Source of the DNA: Botryllus schlosseri
Taxonomy: Eukaryota
DNA length: 64,000 bases
Assembly (NCBI GenBank): GCA_051294905.1
Contig: CM119376.1
Location: forward strand, 16,430,001 to 16,494,000
Direction of reading: 5' to 3'
Under the pieces are notes generated by a model. That model did no database searches and had not been told where the DNA came from. It saw nothing but the letters and a program-made list of their open reading frames with translations. The translations under genes and the position numbers were made by a program. Below are positions 60,901 to 64,000 of the stretch, piece after piece; position 1 is the first letter of the stretch, and each line of letters opens with the position of its first letter.

Positions 60901-62368
60901 TCAATCTAATTTTAGGAAGTGGCTACACGAAAAAGCTTTCGCATTTCCGAGAATATATGGCGATTTATTGCTCAATTTTTTCGTAAAACTCGGCGACAAA
61001 TCCAAATCAATATGGCCTGACGGTGCGCGCACAGATGCGAACGCGCAGGAAACAATACAACTGGTTTGAAATAAATAAGTAAGTTTTAATAGCGAGGTTG
61101 ATACAAAAAGCCGATATGAGTCACCGTTGCATGAATCAATCAAAATGCATTGCAAGTTTCCACGCTACTCGTCAGGGCTTTCGTATGTTCACAACAACGC
61201 TATTTCGCATCACAAATAGATCATATGCATACGTCTGGTCAGGCGTGCATATATTGATATCTAATATATAAAATCAGTTAATTATCCAGAAGATAACATT
61301 TGCGAGGTGAGGTGGCGCCGATTCGTAATAATATTACGGAAACGTCGTATGGGGGAAGCATCAGCGATTTTGAATGCAACCTGAATCACTGGCACCGTCT
61401 ACATCAGATTGGATTACGCAAATCTTTCGCTGCCGCACATCATCAGATACTTTATTCAGGAAGCAAGCGCACGGTCGGTGAAGAACGATCTATTTGTCGT
61501 AGCACTCGCGATAAACTTGATATTTCGCCCCACTAAGTAGTTACATACTAGCGCTGTTCCAGTTCTAGTTTATCAACAAACACGAAAGAAATAGAGGGTG
61601 AATTACGCAGACGCTCAGCGTGCAGTCTATTGTCCGCGAGAATTCCATGTAGGATTGCGTCACAACCATTCGACGTCTTAACGTGATCGGTATATGCGTT
61701 GTGTTTTATGATGCACGGCCCGATGCAAGGATAACGGCACACAAATCAATGATATGACGTATGAAAGCAAACACATAGCATTGAAGCGCAGCCCAAATCG
61801 CAATTCCTGTTTCGAAATTAAATTGGCAAGATGTTTGAGCAACTGTCGATTATGCAAAATGCGATGCCCACATCATGAAAAACATGCGGTTTGGTAATAT
61901 TGGAGATCCCTGTCTATCGATAACAAGATATAACTAACGTATCTCCAGGTATATTCAAATGGAGGGGATCCGCAAAGTCCGATTACACGACGGAGAACTA
62001 GAGATACCCTCGACTCGAAGCATAGATCGAGTGTTGCTATTCCAGCAGGCGTTATTCTCGAAAAGGTTTATGGGTAGTGAGTCCTGAAACTCAATTAGAA
62101 TTGATCACACATTGATTTTGTTTGTGCGTGTGTTTCGTTACATTAAAGCAATTTTAAGTCATTGTGGGCGTATTGTTTTCTTTCAGATCTTATCATATAC
62201 CCCACAGCCATATAAAATTTTCAATATGTATCATATTTGATGGAACTCACCTTCAACAGCGGTCTTTTCACGCTTTAGGTCCAGTAATTCAGTAGGTTCC
62301 TCCAAAGGCCTCTTTCTTGAATCAACTAAATAGCTCCCGTTAGGAATTTGTACTACCGCCATCATCAT
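44854..62368 (-). CDS. NOVA: RNA-binding protein Nova (3 KH domains), 524 aa, isoform with exon 1a
   Basis: complement(join(44854..45993,53902..54038,58730..58909,62251..62368)), 1575 nt, GT-AG, phases 1/1/0. It has the MMM…[10 protein letters not shown]-terminus, KH1 [21 protein letters not shown]2 [22 protein letters not shown], linker [21 protein letters not shown] and KH3 [23 protein letters not shown]. Confidence 0.97.
48563..49446. mobile_element. hAT MITE (CAGGGGTGGCCAACC family) in Nova intron 3
   Basis: Termini CAGGGGTGGCCAACC ... GGTTGGCCACCCCT; related ends at ~7432 and ~34830. Confidence 0.75.
49720..50771. mobile_element. hAT MITE with nested family-E copy (50192-50563)
   Basis: CAGGGGTCGCCAAC ... 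GTTGATGACCCCTG; perfect TSD CTTTAGAG. Confidence 0.85.
52121..53069. mobile_element. hAT (Ac-like termini) MITE with GAGTCAAGTC subterminal arrays
   Basis: CAGTGTTGGGAT ... ATCCCAACACTG; perfect TSD ACCTGGAC. Confidence 0.88.
53902..54038 (-). CDS. NOVA: Nova exon 3 (end of KH1)
   Basis: Acceptor gtctttcag; encodes [16 protein letters not shown]…GDRAKQ; donor CAG|GTGAGT. Confidence 0.95.
54407..55069. mobile_element. 663-bp fully palindromic hAT-type MITE in Nova intron 2
   Basis: ~314-bp inverted arms around a ~35-nt spacer; termini TAGGGCTC ... GAGCCCTA; perfect TSD ATGACCAT. Confidence 0.9.
58730..58909 (-). CDS. NOVA: Nova exon 2 (start of KH1)
   Basis: Acceptor tatcttttcag, donor CCAG|GTATGT, 180 nt, phase 1/1. 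Confidence 0.96.
59193..59280 (-). CDS. NOVA: Nova alternative first coding exon 1b ([29 protein letters not shown])
   Basis: Start context atcaccATGG with an upstream in-frame stop, 88-nt open frame, donor G|GTGAGT, phase 1 compatible with exon 2. Confidence 0.75.
62251..62368 (-). CDS. NOVA: Nova first coding exon 1a with bipartite NLS
   Basis: [39 protein letters not shown], donor G|GTGAGT; RKRPLE is conserved with vertebrate NOVA. Confidence 0.93.
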
Positions 62369-63233
62369 GCAAGCATGATTTCTGAACGTCCGATTTGTCG
62401 GAGATATAAGAATATGAGGATACGACTTCGCATTAACAGAATAAACCTTTTTCGCTGACTTTGCTTCTCTTTTTCTCGTCACCTGATACTTCACAAAGGC
62501 TATACCATGTCGCCCTCTGACGGTCATTCTAAAATGTCAGAATTGTTCGATTAAAATAACAAGGCTACAGAACTGTTCAGTGTTCAATTCATCCCGCCAC
62601 TATTTTTATCACCAACATTTTCGTTTGAGAGCACGTATGACATTATGCTGAAATCAGTGGTTCTTAATCGAGGTTCCCTCAGCCAGTGTCGGGAATGGTC
62701 AGGAGGAATACTCACACTCGTGATGGCAGGCCGTCTTGGCGTCTTGGTCATCATTGGCTGCAGGCAATTAGGCATGATCAGTAGTCGAATTGTAAGTGAC
62801 TTATGCGATGTGGTACGTGACGTGAAGCAGCGCCGTATGCAGGTGAAACTGGGGTTCAATCAAAATCCGAAACCCCACTCTTGTGAAATGCCGATTATAT
62901 CTTCAATATTTATCAGATCATTGCAATTACGCAACTGGTAGCACGCAGTTGCGTTACGAATAAACAGCAATACGATGCCCCTTTGCAAGATGAAGCCTCG
63001 CATCTCTGAAAGGGAACTGCAAAATCCACGCTGGTAAATATTCAGAGGTGGTCGCAGTAGTAAAGAAGTATTTATACTTTTTCGAAGTACTCAAGTAGTT
63101 TTCCAAGTAAATCTGATTTTCCACTACTTCTACTTCTCCTTCGCAATATATTGTGATCTACTCAATTTAGGTCCGACGTATTTGATAGAGCGATGATCTT
63201 TCCCGTCGACCATATGCGCGTATGCCGTATATA

Positions 63234-63651
63234 TAGGGTTGCATTTAAAACAAACGTTGTTTTAAAACACTTTGTTCAAAACATGTTTTAAACAGTGTTT
63301 TTAACGAAGGCCTTTTAATTTTGTTTTAAGTTGTAAAATTATGTCATAATTGTGTAAATACTTTCCAAAAACATGTTGTATGAGCCTACGGACAATTACC
63401 ACCCGATATAGCCGACGTATATCGATATGGGATGGCTGGAACCCTCAAAATAGTCGGTTCAACATTAATAGTACAGATATTTCGTCAAAGGATCTATATT
63501 TACCTTATATTTTCAATTGTCAATGTCAAATCACTATGACGTCACAATTGAATATTCGTGAAGTCATGCCTTAAAAAAAATATGTGTTAAACTAGGTCGT
63601 TGTTTTAAACATGTTTGTTTTAAATTGATTTCTGTTTTCAATGCAACCCTA
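63234..63651. mobile_element. hAT MITE, family E, upstream of Nova exon 1a
   Basis: TAGGGTTGCAT ... ATGCAACCCTA; perfect TSD CGTATATA. Confidence 0.9.
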
Positions 63652-63661
63652 CGTATATAGT

Positions 63662-64000
63662 TAGGGTTGCATTGAAAACAAACGGTGTTTTAAAACACTT
63701 TGTTCAAGACATGTTTTAAACAGTGTTTGAAAAAAAAGCCTTTTCAAAAAAAAATTGTGTTTTTTCAAGTTGTAAAATTATGCAAATATTTGTGTAAATA
63801 CTTTACAAAAAACATGGTGTATGAGCCTACGGACAATTACCACCCGATTTAGCAGACGTATATCGATATGGGATGGTTGAAATCCTCAAAATAGTCGGTT
63901 CAACAGCAATAGTAGGCTAGGCTACATATATTTCGTCAAAGGAGATATTTTTACCCTGGAAATTCAATTGTCAATGTCAATCCACTATGACGTCACAATT
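63662..64000. mobile_element. Second family-E MITE in tandem (runs off window)
   Basis: Starts TAGGGTTGCAT 2 bp after the previous copy's TSD. Confidence 0.85.

Noticed and set aside
61820-62010. 11-nt matches to miR-31 (GGCAAGATGTT) and miR-184 (GACGGAGAACT)
   Set aside because: No complementary arm or precursor hairpin; expected by chance.

Overview
AT-rich animal genomic DNA. It is most likely an ascidian tunicate, inferred from the Nova N-terminus (MMMAVV...SRKRPLEE), 58-68-nt minimal introns and the SINE/MITE landscape. Four spliced protein-coding genes were rebuilt by hand from splice signals and frame continuity, and the ORF track shows most only as fragments or not at all: DPY30 (- strand, 5 coding exons, 114 aa); BSCL2/seipin (+, 6 exons, ~362 aa), head-to-head with DPY30 across a ~1.1-kb promoter; a stum/SPEC3-family membrane protein (+, 6 exons, ~218 aa); and the KH-domain splicing factor NOVA (-, 4 exons, 524 aa, plus a second first exon lacking the NLS). 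A decayed intron-containing DUF4806-like gene occupies ~0.85-5.3 kb. The rest is dense with non-autonomous DNA transposons (mostly hAT-type, many with intact 8-bp TSDs, several nested). There is also a 2.5-kb foldback made of two transposase 3' ends, a Merlin-like palindrome, tRNA-derived SINEs and 3' fragments of one CR1/L2-group LINE family. No rRNA, intact tRNA gene or CRISPR array was found. The best leads are the NLS-switching Nova first exons with a YCAY cluster, the Ca2+-signalling motifs on the stum N-terminus, CRE-carrying MITEs upstream of Nova, and long intronic dsRNA foldbacks. All homology calls are by eye; no database search was run.
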